A stretch of 64,000 bases of DNA from Andalucia godoyi And28. Its lineage: Eukaryota; Protista; Jakobida. The notes beneath the pieces are model-generated. The model was not told the DNA's origin. It did not search any database and was given only the letters and a program-made list of their open reading frames with translations. The DNA is taken from contig VRVR01000027.1 of assembly GCA_009859145.1 (NCBI GenBank), forward strand, positions 48,915-112,914. Direction: 5' to 3'. Made by a program: the position numbers and the translations under genes. The stretch's first letter is position 1; each line of letters opens with the position of its first letter. Positions 51,812 to 63,400 of the stretch are shown piece by piece.

Positions 51812-54128
51812 TATTACCCACGAATCCGTAATTTTCAGGGTTGATCCGCATATCTGCCAGTTGCATGATCAACGGACAACATCTACCAAATTCTGCAGCG
51901 GAGAAATTAATGCGAGCATCTGGTTTGACACCGAATCCGCGACACGCACTCCAAAGTCCTTCTATCTGAAGCTGTTGCAGACGACGCATCACGAATTCGG
52001 AAGACTCCTTAACATCGATGATACCGTGTTGAAGGGCGTATGAAACAGCCAACGAAGTATTTAAAATGCCGTGAAAGATTGACTCACACCCAACACGAAT
52101 GCTCATCTCTGGACCTGTCTTGCCTTGCAAGCCACACAGGCTTTGGTCTGATGCGACAGACCATAATCTGAGAATGGAAATTCCTACTCCGCCAAGAAAG
52201 GCGAGCCACTTAAACGACACAGGACCTGAGTATAAGAACGATTCCAGTAAAGTAGACACCATAACTGAAAACAACAGGGTTCCACCTATCTCGGACTGAA
52301 GCTCGGCAGACGGAGGACTGTCGAAGAGAGCTTTCAACTCGAGACACGATCGCAATGAGAAAATACGCATCGCAGAGTCAGACCGTTGACCATATTGTTG
52401 AGAATCAGGTGTGCGGAGATCTCCTGGATTTATGAATCCTTTCAGATTCTCAATCGTCCCGAGAAATGAAATGGATATTCCTTCACCCTGACTGAAACCA
52501 AGCGACGGCAGTCCAGAGTTATCTCCCACGCAGTGTGACCGAGCCAGGCGGACGAAGTGATCAGCGTCGTACAACCAGATAACAGGCATTGCATCAACAC
52601 GGGTTTTCCACTTTGATCTTGGCCGTATTCGACAGAAGCTGAAGTACCACGGAGCATTCAATCCAAGAGGAATACAATTTTCCTTCAGAATGAAATGAGG
52701 GCATCCCAAATGCATGCCAGCTTTTCTTTCCTTCCCATCAAGATCACTAATGAAACAAAAATGGGCTGCTCCGCCACTGTGCAGTTCCGACGATAGATTA
52801 TCCCACTGATCAGCAATTGTTTCTCCCGTGTAGGAATTATTCGTCAACCAAGTCAACAACGGCTTGGTCTCACCGCTCGACGGAAACAAGCACAAAAATT
52901 GATACAAATGATCCGCCAACTCAACCTTATTAAACAGCGCATCGAGAGACGCACTCTGATGGGAAGCGGCTTGAGATAGGATAATCTGAGTCATTTTGTC
53001 AAAATTTGTGGCATCAACGAACGGAGTCCATTCGTCAAATTTTGCTGGCATGACTGCCCCAACTACTAGACCCGTACGCCGGTCAAACTCCAGGTTCTTC
53101 TGACACGCAGTCCCATCTCCAGACACCGCAACAAGAGCCCGACGCGATCCGTCATTTGTTGAATATTTGATATTGCCGGGGTGCATGGAAAGAGTCAAGG
53201 GCTTCCCAAAGAAAATACTCTGAGAAACATCGTGACGGCGCATATACTTCAATGCACTCTCAGAGGGGAAAGCACTCCTCAGCTGAGAGTACAGAAATCG
53301 AAAAGCAGATGGCGATTTTGAATAAAGATAGAACGCCAACTGTCGGATAACATCCGGAAAACGATGGCCATTTGATTTGCGCATGACATTTGTGGCCCAA
53401 GTATCCACGAGAATAACAAAACACTTGTGTACCTCTGCATCCTCGTCAGACATTGAGTCTAAACGTCGAAGCACTTGAGAAAAAGACAGAAAAGCGGTTC
53501 GAAAAAGCCGCTTATCCAGAAATGGCAAGAGAGACTGCAATCGCGCCACTTTGTGCAAGGCCCGACGAAGAGAGGATTGTAAATGCGCAATTTTGGACGC
53601 CATGTCTTTGACATGCACTGCCAACTGCTCGCGGGACATGTGACTGTACCGGTTCTCATTGAATAGCCCGAGAGTTTCATCCATGTCTTGTTCATCTTCT
53701 GGAATTGCAAGATGAGGGTGCAAATTACGCAGGCAACGAGCAACTCTCTTCTTAAAACTGTCCGTCGACGAAGGCTCGATGAGACTCCAACACTTGCTGC
53801 ATACTCCTAGACGCAAGTCAACGTCACTTCCAATGCACTCTACATGATGGATGCTGCCGCGAAGATTCTCTCCCGCTACCACAACTTTTTGGAACGGGCG
53901 GGGCTCCGTCATTTCGTGTGGAATTCCACCCTGGTGCAATTTTCGAAAATGTCTAATCCAAAGACCAGGACAAGTGGAAAATGGAACGGAATCTAATTTC
54001 AAGGATTTTGCGCAAAAATCGCGAACAGCAGGATGCTTCGACTCGAACACATGAGTGTCTGCAAGACAATCTGGACTCAGACAGAGCGGGCACGCAAGTT
54101 TTCCTGGGACGTCACCTCGGACGAACAT
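51687..54128 (-). CDS. P-element-family transposase
   Basis: THAP-like CPLC...WIRHF; coiled coil; RFPDVIRQLAFYLYSKSPSAFRFL...FPSESAL; SGDGT...LEFDRRTGLVVG (D1); FISDLDG (D2); DADHFVRLARS (D-x2-H); SAMRIFS; RLQQLQIEGLWSACRG (E). Confidence 0.9.
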   Translation of the reverse strand: MFVRGDVPGKLACPLCLSPDCLADTHVFESKHPAVRDFCAKSLKLDSVPFSTCPGLWIRHFRKLHQGGIPHEMTEPRPFQKVVVAGENLRGSIHHVECIGSDVDLRLGVCSKCWSLIEPSSTDSFKKRVARCLRNLHPHLAIPEDEQDMDETLGLFNENRYSHMSREQLAVHVKDMASKIAHLQSSLRRALHKVARLQSLLPFLDKRLFRTAFLSFSQVLRRLDSMSDEDAEVHKCFVILVDTWATNVMRKSNGHRFPDVIRQLAFYLYSKSPSAFRFLYSQLRSAFPSESALKYMRRHDVSQSIFFGKPLTLSMHPGNIKYSTNDGSRRALVAVSGDGTACQKNLEFDRRTGLVVGAVMPAKFDEWTPFVDATNFDKMTQIILSQAASHQSASLDALFNKVELADHLYQFLCLFPSSGETKPLLTWLTNNSYTGETIADQWDNLSSELHSGGAAHFCFISDLDGKERKAGMHLGCPHFILKENCIPLGLNAPWYFSFCRIRPRSKWKTRVDAMPVIWLYDADHFVRLARSHCVGDNSGLPSLGFSQGEGISISFLGTIENLKGFINPGDLRTPDSQQYGQRSDSAMRIFSLRSCLELKALFDSPPSAELQSEIGGTLLFSVMVSTLLESFLYSGPVSFKWLAFLGGVGISILRLWSVASDQSLCGLQGKTGPEMSIRVGCESIFHGILNTSLAVSYALQHGIIDVKESSEFVMRRLQQLQIEGLWSACRGFGVKPDARINFSAAEFGRCCPLIMQLADMRINPENYGFVGNIAGKNKAAHIKVRHDQKVFVQRASSILDILTERSSDPPRLF

Positions 54129-54282
54129 CGTCAAAAGGTGTCGGAGAAACTTTTGAACAAGCTTCATATTGTAATCGAAAACACTTTCAACAATTACTGT
54201 CTGCCAAAACGAAGAAAAGCATGTTAGTGGATTTGGAGAAGAAAACTTAAAGAAAAGAAATAAAAAACAAAACCAAAATCCT

Positions 54283-55425
54283 CTAGGTAGGTCGTTTGAA
54301 CAACATCGCTGAAATAGTCAATTGCCTTGTCCGACTGTTTCCGAACGACCAAGCGCAAACACGAAGCTTCTTGATTACCTTCTTTGAACGAAATGCACTC
54401 TCAAGCCTCGAGGCAACATAGAGACTGCCTCGAGTTGTTGTTGTGATGTTCAAATGCAAAGGTGGGCAAACGAATCTTCGCATCTCAATGCCCGAATCCT
54501 TTTCCCGAACCTTCAACAACCGAAATTGCAGAGATGCAAGGAATTGACGAACCCATTCCGTATCAGAATGCAAACCGATCTTGTGGAGTCGCAACGTGCT
54601 GTTAACTCTATCAAGAAAAGTTGAAACAAAGTTCGCGGCCTGCGGCAACGACTCCAAATCAGATTGAGTGACATCCAACTCACCAATGATATCCTCAGGA
54701 AGTGATTCATCCTCAGCAGATTCCGATTCGGACGCCGGCTGTTGTCCAACGTGCGAAAGCTCATCTGGAGAAGATAGTCCCATTCCATCAATGATGGGAT
54801 CGCTGTGAAGTTCAGGTGATTCAGTTGAGGATTGCGAAGTTGACGATCCAACGAACCTAGTATCAGAGGAGGATGCTGAACAACTGGTCTGAGCAAAGCA
54901 TACGGATTGATCTATTTCACTACTCGGTTTAGAACGCTTGGCAAGTGGTTCCGAAACTGCGCGACCATCTCGTTGTAAAAAGGCAGCCAGGGGTCCCTGA
55001 ACTCGTCGTGCAACGCAGATGAACCACACACCAACAGCACGCGTCTCAGAGAAAGGATCGGGAAGGAGAGCTTCAAAGCCAACGAGAGACGCAGAAAACA
55101 ATTTGTACTCAGGGATGACGTCTGGAACCTGGACCGAAAACTCTTCAGGTTGGTGTGAACAGAGTCCGTGAGGAAAAGAACAATCAATTTGGTATTCTTC
55201 GTGCAGTCGCAGAGATTGAAGCGTCTCATTGAACTGAGCTTCAAAGGGTGCACGGCCGGCATTCATGGCATTCTTGATCCCAAAATACCCATGAAACTCC
55301 ATGGACTCCACTCTGAATCGCGCGCCGGTGTGCCCAAGAACAAGATATTGCTTGTTTGACGAAGTATCCCTGCGAATGAAAACAAGATTCACTTTAACCT
55401 GTTGGGTAGTCGCGGTCAACTCCAT
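54283..55425 (-). CDS. Transposon-borne hypothetical protein (about 380 aa), upstream of the transposase
   Basis: ORF inside the TIRs; likely ATG at 55425 (MELTATTQQV). Globular N- and C-terminal parts are separated by a Ser/Glu/Asp-rich linker. Confidence 0.6.
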   Translation of the reverse strand: MELTATTQQVKVNLVFIRRDTSSNKQYLVLGHTGARFRVESMEFHGYFGIKNAMNAGRAPFEAQFNETLQSLRLHEEYQIDCSFPHGLCSHQPEEFSVQVPDVIPEYKLFSASLVGFEALLPDPFSETRAVGVWFICVARRVQGPLAAFLQRDGRAVSEPLAKRSKPSSEIDQSVCFAQTSCSASSSDTRFVGSSTSQSSTESPELHSDPIIDGMGLSSPDELSHVGQQPASESESAEDESLPEDIIGELDVTQSDLESLPQAANFVSTFLDRVNSTLRLHKIGLHSDTEWVRQFLASLQFRLLKVREKDSGIEMRRFVCPPLHLNITTTTRGSLYVASRLESAFRSKKVIKKLRVCAWSFGNSRTRQLTISAMLFKRPT

Positions 55426-55436
55426 TCTGCGGCGCG

Positions 55437-55462
55437 TATGTGTGTGTGTGTATGTGTGTGTG
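55437..55462 (+). repeat. (TG)n microsatellite
   Basis: gtatgtgtgtgtgtatgtgtgtgtgtg. Confidence 0.8.
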
Positions 55463-55704
55463 TGCAAGCAAACTGCAAATGCTGTGAATTGGAAACAAAC
55501 AATAGAAATGATGAGATGGGTGCTTGCATGTTGCACCGCCCACGCCCCACACTCCACAGCCAGGTTGTCCATTCTGAGCCCTTTTTTTAAAAAAATTGTT
55601 GAAAATTCAATCCGGTTGATGCTAGATTTTAGCATCAATTAGAATCACGAAAAAAAAATACCGGGCCCGCATTTAGTCACAAAAATTATTGGTCTGCGTT
55701 CAAA

Positions 55705-55747
55705 CCCGCACCCCCTACATATATGTACGGTTAGTAACCTACCCATG
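55705..55747 (-). repeat. Right terminal inverted repeat (43 bp)
   Basis: cccgcaccccctacatatatgtacggttagtaacctacccatg followed by TSD gaaacagt. Confidence 0.97.
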
Positions 55748-55934
55748 GAAACAGTACGAGTTGCGAAGAGCATAAAGTTTGATTTATTTTTGGAACAATC
55801 TTTCTAAAATTGGTCACAACGCCACCGGAAAATATCCTATTTCAAGTACACCGCACAGTTGAAGTTGCTGAGGTTTGGTATCAACCTCAGGATCCGGGTT
55901 GCAATTGCTTATTTCAGTTTGCATAAAGAAAACA

Positions 55935-56132
55935 ATGAGTTGCGACAATGGAGATTACGGTTGGTGTGGCCCATGGTGCATAGTCGGCATCATCGCCTGT
56001 GCTTTCATTTTCATCGGTGTGGTGGCTACTGTCTTGTATTTTGTTTTGAGACGAAGTCAACAACCGCAAGCAGTGCCTGTGGTTTTTATCCCCCCGTCAT
56101 CGTATCCAGCAACAATGGTGACGAAAGTGTAA
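55935..56132 (+). CDS. Small single-pass membrane protein
   Basis: MSCDNGDYGWCGPWCIVGIIACAFIFIGVVATVLYFVLRR + Pro-rich tail; similar to 34823-35089. Confidence 0.55.
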   Translation: MSCDNGDYGWCGPWCIVGIIACAFIFIGVVATVLYFVLRRSQQPQAVPVVFIPPSSYPATMVTKV

Positions 56133-56602
56133 GCGACCTCTTCAGGCTGATGTGCACGGTAGTAGACCCATGTGGAGATTCCTTTTGAGGTTGCATCGCA
56201 GGAAGAAGGAAAAGTAAAATAGTGAACTATCCATAGTTAGAATCGTTTACCAATGTTTCTGAATCAAATCCTGAGATTAGCAATACCACTCTTGATTATC
56301 ATTTCTCATCCGGGACTTTGAACTGATCTCCGAAATGAAAGCCGTTTGCAAGAGAGCGGTACTCATACAATTCCGAAAGTTGGCCAGAGCATTGTTCGAA
56401 ACAAAGATGAACAACCCTCTAAATCAAGAGATGTCATGTGAAGACCGCCCCTGTTGGATAGTGCATCTTCAATGATCTGTGAATTTCCCGCCAAGATCAG
56501 TAGAATTTGAGTTTGGTTTTCTGGCTTTTACCTACAAACGCACACTGATTTCAACTGAACAGAGGAAAATTCCCTTGACACCGCCGGTTATGAAGTTTAC
56601 AT

Positions 56603-59164
56603 CTACTTCTTCTTTCTCCTGTCCGTGGAAATCAGGACAAGCAAGCACAGCACAATCCACCCACAACCAATGCAGAACATCACAGAAAGATCAATGTCAA
56701 ACATGGATAACGAATAACCCCAGTACGACAGCCCGGAATTCACGTTCATGTAGTCATATGGTTGAATCTGGCTGATGTAAAACGCCTCGACAGCCCAGCG
56801 AGCATAGGAAATGTTGAATATCCAGGAGTAAGAAACATCCGCCTCTGGAAGCCGGGGGTCAGTTCCTGAAAGCAGAACGGCAAACAGCAAAGCAAGCACT
56901 ACGCCGAGTAGCGCTACTCGTTCGATGCGGATCAGCGTTGATAGAAAGTATCCGATGGCAAAAGCGTTCCAATACACCATGAGTGCAATCAGAAACATGT
57001 CCGTCAGTGGCATGGGTGTCACAAAAAACGCAGTGAACGAAAGAGAGAACAGAAAGCTGGCGATCGTGATGCGCACACAATCCACTGTCAGTGCAGCAAA
57101 TACAAAAGGAAAAGTGCCCAAACCTGTGGAAACTTCGCGCCAGTAGTTCGGCTTGTTCTTTCCCAGCGAGCTGGCCGAGCACGAAATACCAGCAAAGGAC
57201 ATGCCCCACAATAATATCTGCGCGACATTGGTAAGGCGATCTCGCAAAGGAAGTGAGCACGCTTCGGACAAAATCAAAGGGCATAACAAAGGCGAGTCGG
57301 CTTCCGGAATCGATCCAACATAGGTTGAATCCGCAGTGGCGAGGCCGATGAGCAAGCCGCATAGCACATGTAAAATCGCCTCTCCGAACATCCTTCCTGC
57401 AGAACCGAACGTTAATCTGCAACATCGAATGAAGCAGAGAAAAAACTGATACCAGTGTGAGGCACACTGTCGCCGTGGCCAGACTGCAGCATTCTTGCAT
57501 CGGAAGAATTGTCTCATATCCGAAACCACGTCGGATGTCCACCAATTGAACTGGTGGGTCAACTTCCGTAAGAAGGAAGGTTGCAAGGGGCTTTGCATCA
57601 AAACTGCTTCATGAAGCATTGGATCTTGATGTGAAGCATCATCAGTGGAAGTCCGCAACGAACGACCAGACACGATATCCATTATGATATCAACATGGTT
57701 ATGGCCTGGTGGAAAGACATGATTTCTGCTTTCAAAGTGTGGAACCAACTGTTCTCTGGGTCCGGAGAAAACCATGTCCCCGTTCTTGTCAAGAAGCAGG
57801 ACGTCATCGAACATCTCAAAAACTTCAAAACGAGGTTGATGTACAACCACTGCAATCGCAGCATGCCGAGTGTGCACAATGTCTCGCAGCGCTTGACAAA
57901 CTTCTAAGGAGGCGGTACTGTCCAGACCAGAGAACGGCTCATCCGCTAGTAAGATCGAAGGATTGGCAGCCAACTCAATGCCAATGTTGACACGTTTCCG
58001 CTGGCCACCAGAGATTCCTCGCTCATACGCGTCACCGATGTGTGAACTGGTCACGCTCTGAAGACCGAGAACTTTGAGGACATACGATGTCCAATCTTCG
58101 CGTTGCAAGGATGACCACCTTCTGTCCAACCGATATTCTGCACTGAACCTGATCGTATCAAACACTGAAGCATCGGTTATCATCACGTCATCTTGGGGAA
58201 TGAACGCCATCCATGATCGGACGTCATCGAGGGAAAAAATGTTCTCCTCACCTGGTTCTCGATTCGGTAGAGACGACTGGGCACGCACTTTGACACTTCC
58301 GCCACGCATTGGAACCTTTCCACACAGCAAAGACAACAGAGTCGTCTTTCCAGAACCAGAAGGCCCCATAATTGCACAAAGACGGCCGGCAAAGAAGCAC
58401 CCCGACAACGAATCGAAAACCCGCTTTCCAGACGGGAGGCTGAATGACAAGTTCTCGAAGAACAGATTAAATTCGGGCGTATCTTTTGCCGACGAACACG
58501 GACATTGAACTGCACAGCAACGAGTACTAGGCGTCGTCTCCTTCATGCAGCAGAGGGACTCGCTTACCGGATCAGCCCGGCCACCATTGTTTGGAAGCTC
58601 CAACATTGTCGATTGAATCCTAGATAATCGACGTCGTTGACGATATCCGAAAAGGAAGGAAGAAGCCGCTACAACAGCGACCAGGAGAATTACAAGCAAC
58701 AGTTGACCTAAAAGAAAGGGGTCGACTGTTCCCTCAGGGCACACCGCCAGAGGTCCACATGGAAACGGTTTCTTTTGCCCGAGGCGGCAGTAATAGCCTG
58801 CAGGACAAGGGTGCATCTTGATCGGGCTAGGGCAGAAAAACCCCTCGCAACACAGAACGGGTTGGGTCGAATTTGCGGGACAGAAAAACCCACTGCCGCA
58901 ACGCGAAACAATCCCATTCGTGCAGAATGATCCTGCTGCGCATGGGACAGAGGGTTCTACCGAACACTGACACTTGCTTGACACACCGGGAAAACACAAT
59001 CGAGGCATTTGGAAATTTTGATCATCTGAAAACTTTGAGAAAACAAGGAAGGTGGTTTGGTTTTCTGCTTGATAGGCTGTCGGGAATCCAAATGTTTGGG
59101 CATCGGAGTTCCGACAGGAGTTGTCCAACGAGTGTCGGAGCTGTCGGATGAGTGCCAAAAACAA
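56603..59164 (-). CDS. ABCG: ABCG (WBC/White-family) half-transporter with N-terminal Cys-rich ectodomain and extra TM helix; start uncertain
   Basis: CAAGSFC...CGSGFFCP...CCEGFFCP...CPAGYYC; TM; Walker A GPSGSGKT; ISGGQRKRVNIG; LLADEPFSGLDS; VVHQPR; C-terminal ABC2 membrane domain with SYARWAVEAF. Confidence 0.94.
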   Translation of the reverse strand: MFLALIRQLRHSLDNSCRNSDAQTFGFPTAYQAENQTTFLVFSKFSDDQNFQMPRLCFPGVSSKCQCSVEPSVPCAAGSFCTNGIVSRCGSGFFCPANSTQPVLCCEGFFCPSPIKMHPCPAGYYCRLGQKKPFPCGPLAVCPEGTVDPFLLGQLLLVILLVAVVAASSFLFGYRQRRRLSRIQSTMLELPNNGGRADPVSESLCCMKETTPSTRCCAVQCPCSSAKDTPEFNLFFENLSFSLPSGKRVFDSLSGCFFAGRLCAIMGPSGSGKTTLLSLLCGKVPMRGGSVKVRAQSSLPNREPGEENIFSLDDVRSWMAFIPQDDVMITDASVFDTIRFSAEYRLDRRWSSLQREDWTSYVLKVLGLQSVTSSHIGDAYERGISGGQRKRVNIGIELAANPSILLADEPFSGLDSTASLEVCQALRDIVHTRHAAIAVVVHQPRFEVFEMFDDVLLLDKNGDMVFSGPREQLVPHFESRNHVFPPGHNHVDIIMDIVSGRSLRTSTDDASHQDPMLHEAVLMQSPLQPSFLRKLTHQFNWWTSDVVSDMRQFFRCKNAAVWPRRQCASHWYQFFLCFIRCCRLTFGSAGRMFGEAILHVLCGLLIGLATADSTYVGSIPEADSPLLCPLILSEACSLPLRDRLTNVAQILLWGMSFAGISCSASSLGKNKPNYWREVSTGLGTFPFVFAALTVDCVRITIASFLFSLSFTAFFVTPMPLTDMFLIALMVYWNAFAIGYFLSTLIRIERVALLGVVLALLFAVLLSGTDPRLPEADVSYSWIFNISYARWAVEAFYISQIQPYDYMNVNSGLSYWGYSLSMFDIDLSVMFCIGCGWIVLCLLVLISTDRRKKK

Positions 59165-60410
59165 TCCGTGATTTTGGTGCCGATGTACAGCGCAGAATCG
59201 TGCTCATAGGCGAGAATACTTTCTTCGGGAGTTCATTTTGTTCTGAAGTATTAAGCACAGAGAAGTGAAATGCGAACTCTGCCACCGCTAACTGGACGCT
59301 CGCACCTGCTAGAAAGACGACAATTGTTCATCGATGTATCACGCGTTTCTTCACCGTTTCCAAATCATCTTAGAAAACGACGAACACTGGACATGTTTAA
59401 ACTCAGACAACTGCATGCACCACAATAGTATTCCGGAATAGATAACAGACATTTAGCCCTTCCTTCGCTGTCGCAGTTTTTTTCTAATAGGGATTTACGA
59501 TTAGTAATGGTGCTTTCTGAGTGGACTGGTTCCAGCAGCTGTAGTCAACTGGTTCCCAGGCAAGTCAAAATGACCGCTTCGTCTTCGTCCGCGCATCTTT
59601 CTTCTTCTTCTCTTTTGCCATTTCACCAGGTTGACTCCGTCCCTCCCGCCCATGATCCTTGATCATTCCCATCTCTTCCTTTTCACCAGTGTTGAGTGGT
59701 TTCCATATGTATTGTTTGCATATTTGTGTGGCCAAGGTGTTAACTGTTGTAAACATGCTTCCTTCATATGTTGGTTCATCACTGCTGTTTAGTCCGAGCT
59801 CAGAAATCAATATTTTATTTGACACAACGAAGTCCAAGGTGAAACGGGAGAAAGGGAAAAAGGAAAAGGGAATGGGTTCAACAAACAAAATCCAAGGGAC
59901 GAGAGACAGAGGATAACAGACAAAAGGGAAAGGAAAAGAGAGAAACGGAATGGGGGAAAAGAAGAACGATTTCTAGGAATTGCTGGAATTTCTGAATTGA
60001 ATTTTATGGAAGCGCCCTTACATCTGTTCGAAATCACCTCTTGGTAATGAGTAGCAACAAAGATATAGCAGAAATGCGCAGCTATCCGAAATCGAGTTCG
60101 GTCGGATGATTTTCAAGCAAACTCGAGTTCGCCTAAAATCTACTTCGGTCGGCTCACATGAGCTCAGTTCTGCACGACTCGCACTGTCTTTGCCATTCAT
60201 TCTAACAACAACGTCCCGTGCCTGCAATCCTTACGATGCAACGAATGGAGAGAAGGGCGAATTTGATCCGTACACCGGTGTCGCGGACACTGCCCTGCAC
60301 AATCAGCCCGAGTGCCGGCGGCATTTTCTGTAACATGCAGATAGCCTCGTCTTGGGTCTCGACGCCTAGTGCTGCTTCCGTTGTCACAGCCGCACTCCTA
60401 GCCTCGTCGG

Positions 60411-63400
60411 TCATGTCACATCATCGTCTGCCCCTAAATCACCCAGCTCTACCGGCTGTTCGCCGTCTCGCTCGGGCAGTTCTGCATGCTCGTTCACGAC
60501 AAGGCGTGTTCCGACAGAATCTCCAGGCACTTCCGAGCCATTGTCGCTATGTTCCTCGTCATTGAAAGCAGCCGGATCTTCGTTACATTCCCCCGCGGCT
60601 CCCGTCATTGCGAATGCAGCAGTTTCAGAATCGCCAGTAACCACTTTGAATTCTTCCGGTGCTGCTTCGGCATCGACCATCATTACACTGGACGCATCGA
60701 TGACTGGCGAGCTTTCGCTTCCTGTCTCGCAAGGGAATCCGTACTCCCCGCCGTCTGAACGCATTTCAAGCATGGCGATGCCCGCAGATAGAGGCTCAGC
60801 GGCGGACTTGCGCCGTTTCCAGAACATAATTCCTCCAACAAGGGCGCCGAGGACGAGCACAGGTACCACAACGATTGCAGCAATGTCTCCTGGGGCCAGT
60901 GAGGCCGATCCGCTTCCATCAGAAGATGAAGGAGAAGAGCTTCGGACCACATAGGAAAGCGTTACCGTCGGCTGTGATCCGGAGCTGCGGACAGAGAGCA
61001 GAACAGGTGCAGGAGACAGCGCCGTAGGATTGAATAGGCCGACATACACGGGACCGCTCGCAAGGATCGATAATGTTGCCGTTGTCGACTCGATGCGCTG
61101 CATGACTTCCCAGCTGGCGGATGAAGGCGATGGATTCGATGTCGACAGGTACGCATCCACCGTGCCTCCGCTTACGGTGAGCGTGATTTCGACGGTTCGG
61201 GCGCCTGGTATGGCGAACGGAGGCGTGGATATGAACTTTGGCTGCCCAGGAGCAATGACGCCTACCGGCGTCTCCGAGTTCTCGGCGACAACCTCTGTCT
61301 CGGACAGCGCAATCCAGGCACTCCCTGCCGCCGATCCCCGCATGCACACGAAACACTTTGCACTCTGTACAAACCACGCGCTGGCCGACGTGAGCGTCGT
61401 CACATTCAGCGCCAAGCTCAGCGGCTCTCCCCTGCTGCTTGCAGTCGGCAGTGTTTCGAACGTGCTGACATTGCACGAAGCAAACGTCTCCATGGTCAGT
61501 ATCTGGCGATTCCAGGTGGCATACACAGCAAGGGAAGAGTTCGACGAGCTCATCTGGTGCGAGGTACACTGCCAGTCTGACGACAGCAGCGACACTTCCG
61601 TGGGTGCGAGTGCAGTCTCGGAAACATTGTACACATTGCATCGCGGAGCTCTGTCCACGCTGGAGACTCCGCTGCTGCAGGGCGTGCAATAAGGTGATGC
61701 CGTGATCGAGTACGTTCCTGCTGAGCACGCATCGCAAGCCCCGCTTGCATATGCACCCGTGTAGGTTCCTGCAGGGCACGGGCCGCATCCAGAGTTTCCT
61801 GGTCCCGGGGCAAACCACCCCGGAGAGCACTGCACACAGCTTGCCGATCCGCTTGCGGGATACCGTCCCGCATCGCAGGGCGTGCAGACGCTGACGTTGT
61901 TCGCACCGACGACTGACGACGCCTGTCCGAATGGACAGTAGTAGCAGGAGGACTGGTCCGGTAGGCTCTGCCATGTGCCTGCCGGGCACTGCGCACAGGT
62001 CGTTGCGCTAACACGATACTGGCCGGGAGCGCATGTGCAAGCGCCGCATGATGTCGAACCGACCGCAGGGGCGCACTGTCCGGTGCTGCAAGCTGTGCAG
62101 GTAGCGCTACCCGGCGACGACGAGTACGAGTTCACAGCGCACGAGATGCAGGCCGTTGAGCTCGTCGAACCATTGTTCGGATTGTACGTGCCCGCCGGAC
62201 ACAGTACACAGGATGCATTGGTTGTCGATCCGGAATTTGGATTGAACGTGCCAGCGGAGCAGAGCGTACATGCAGCAGACCCTGCAGCAGTTGAGTAGCC
62301 CCCGGTAGAACAGGACGAGCACGCAGAGCTACTTGCGGATCCTGTTGCGTTGTTCGACGTTCCTGCAGCGCACAGAGTGCACGAGGTTGAGCCAATTGCT
62401 GTCGAATAGGATCCAACAGGGCACAAAAGGCACGCGGAGGCATTTGCGGCCCCTGCACTACTACCAAATGATCCAGGAGCACATGCATGGCACGACTGGG
62501 CACTTGAGCCTCCAGTTGTGTTTCCAAACGTACCTGCGGGACACAGAGTGCATGCTGCTGAGCCGCTGACTGCCGAAAACGACCCTGCCGGGCACGCGTA
62601 GCACGAAGATGAGCTTGTCGCGCCTGTGGTGTTGCCAAACGTCCCAGCGGCACAGAGAGAGCAAGTTGACCAGCCATTCTGCGAGGAATACGAACCAATC
62701 GCACAAGCCACACAGGTGGTCGAGGAATTCGCTCCTGTAACGTTGGAACTGGTTCCTGTGGGACAGGTGGTACAGACTGCAGAGCTACTTCCACCTGAAA
62801 CGTTCGAGTAAGTTCCCGCAGCACACAGAGTACACGCAGACGAACCGTTTGCAGCGGAGTATGATCCGGCGTTGCACGAAATGCATGTCGTCGAGCTGTT
62901 GGCCCCAGTCGTAGTGCCAAATGTCCCGGTACCGCAAAGGATACACTGCGACGATCCCACAGACGACGAATAGCTGCCCTGAGGACACTCAAAACACGAT
63001 GACGAGCTGTTGGCTCCAGATAACGGATTATATGTCCCAGTAGAACAGGAAGTGCAATTGAGAGCTCCAAAACTAGCAGAATATGTACCTGTGACACAAA
63101 TCGTACAATCTTGCCCGTTCTGCCCGGCAGTTCCAGGAGGGCATGTGACACGCATCACTGTCGCTTTGTACGAGTTTGCATAGTCCTGGTAGACAACGTA
63201 TGGGACTCCAGATCCATCGATAGCAAGACTTGTCCATTCGGTGTTCCCTGCAGAAAAGCCAGCAGCTCTTACCACTGTCCACGATCCCCCGCTGTACTTC
63301 ATCACCGTCGCTTTGGTCGAGCTTGCAGAGTCCGTGTACGCAACGTATGGTACTCCAGATCCATCGAACGCAAGACTGGTATAGTAAGAAACCCCGGCAG

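Larger units (their letters stand above)
48467..55747 (-). mobile_element. Complete P-superfamily DNA transposon, 7281 bp, perfect 43-bp TIRs, 8-bp TSD GAAACAGT
   Basis: TIR catgggtaggttactaaccgtacatatatgtagggggtgcggg at 48467-48509, with its exact reverse complement at 55705-55747. gaaacagt at 48459-48466 and 55748-55755. Encodes a P-type transposase. Confidence 0.95.

Noticed and set aside
60919-61989. 356-aa and 339-aa alternative-frame ORFs over the surface-protein gene
   Set aside because: Off-frame shadows in GC-rich, Cys/Ala/Ser-rich coding sequence.
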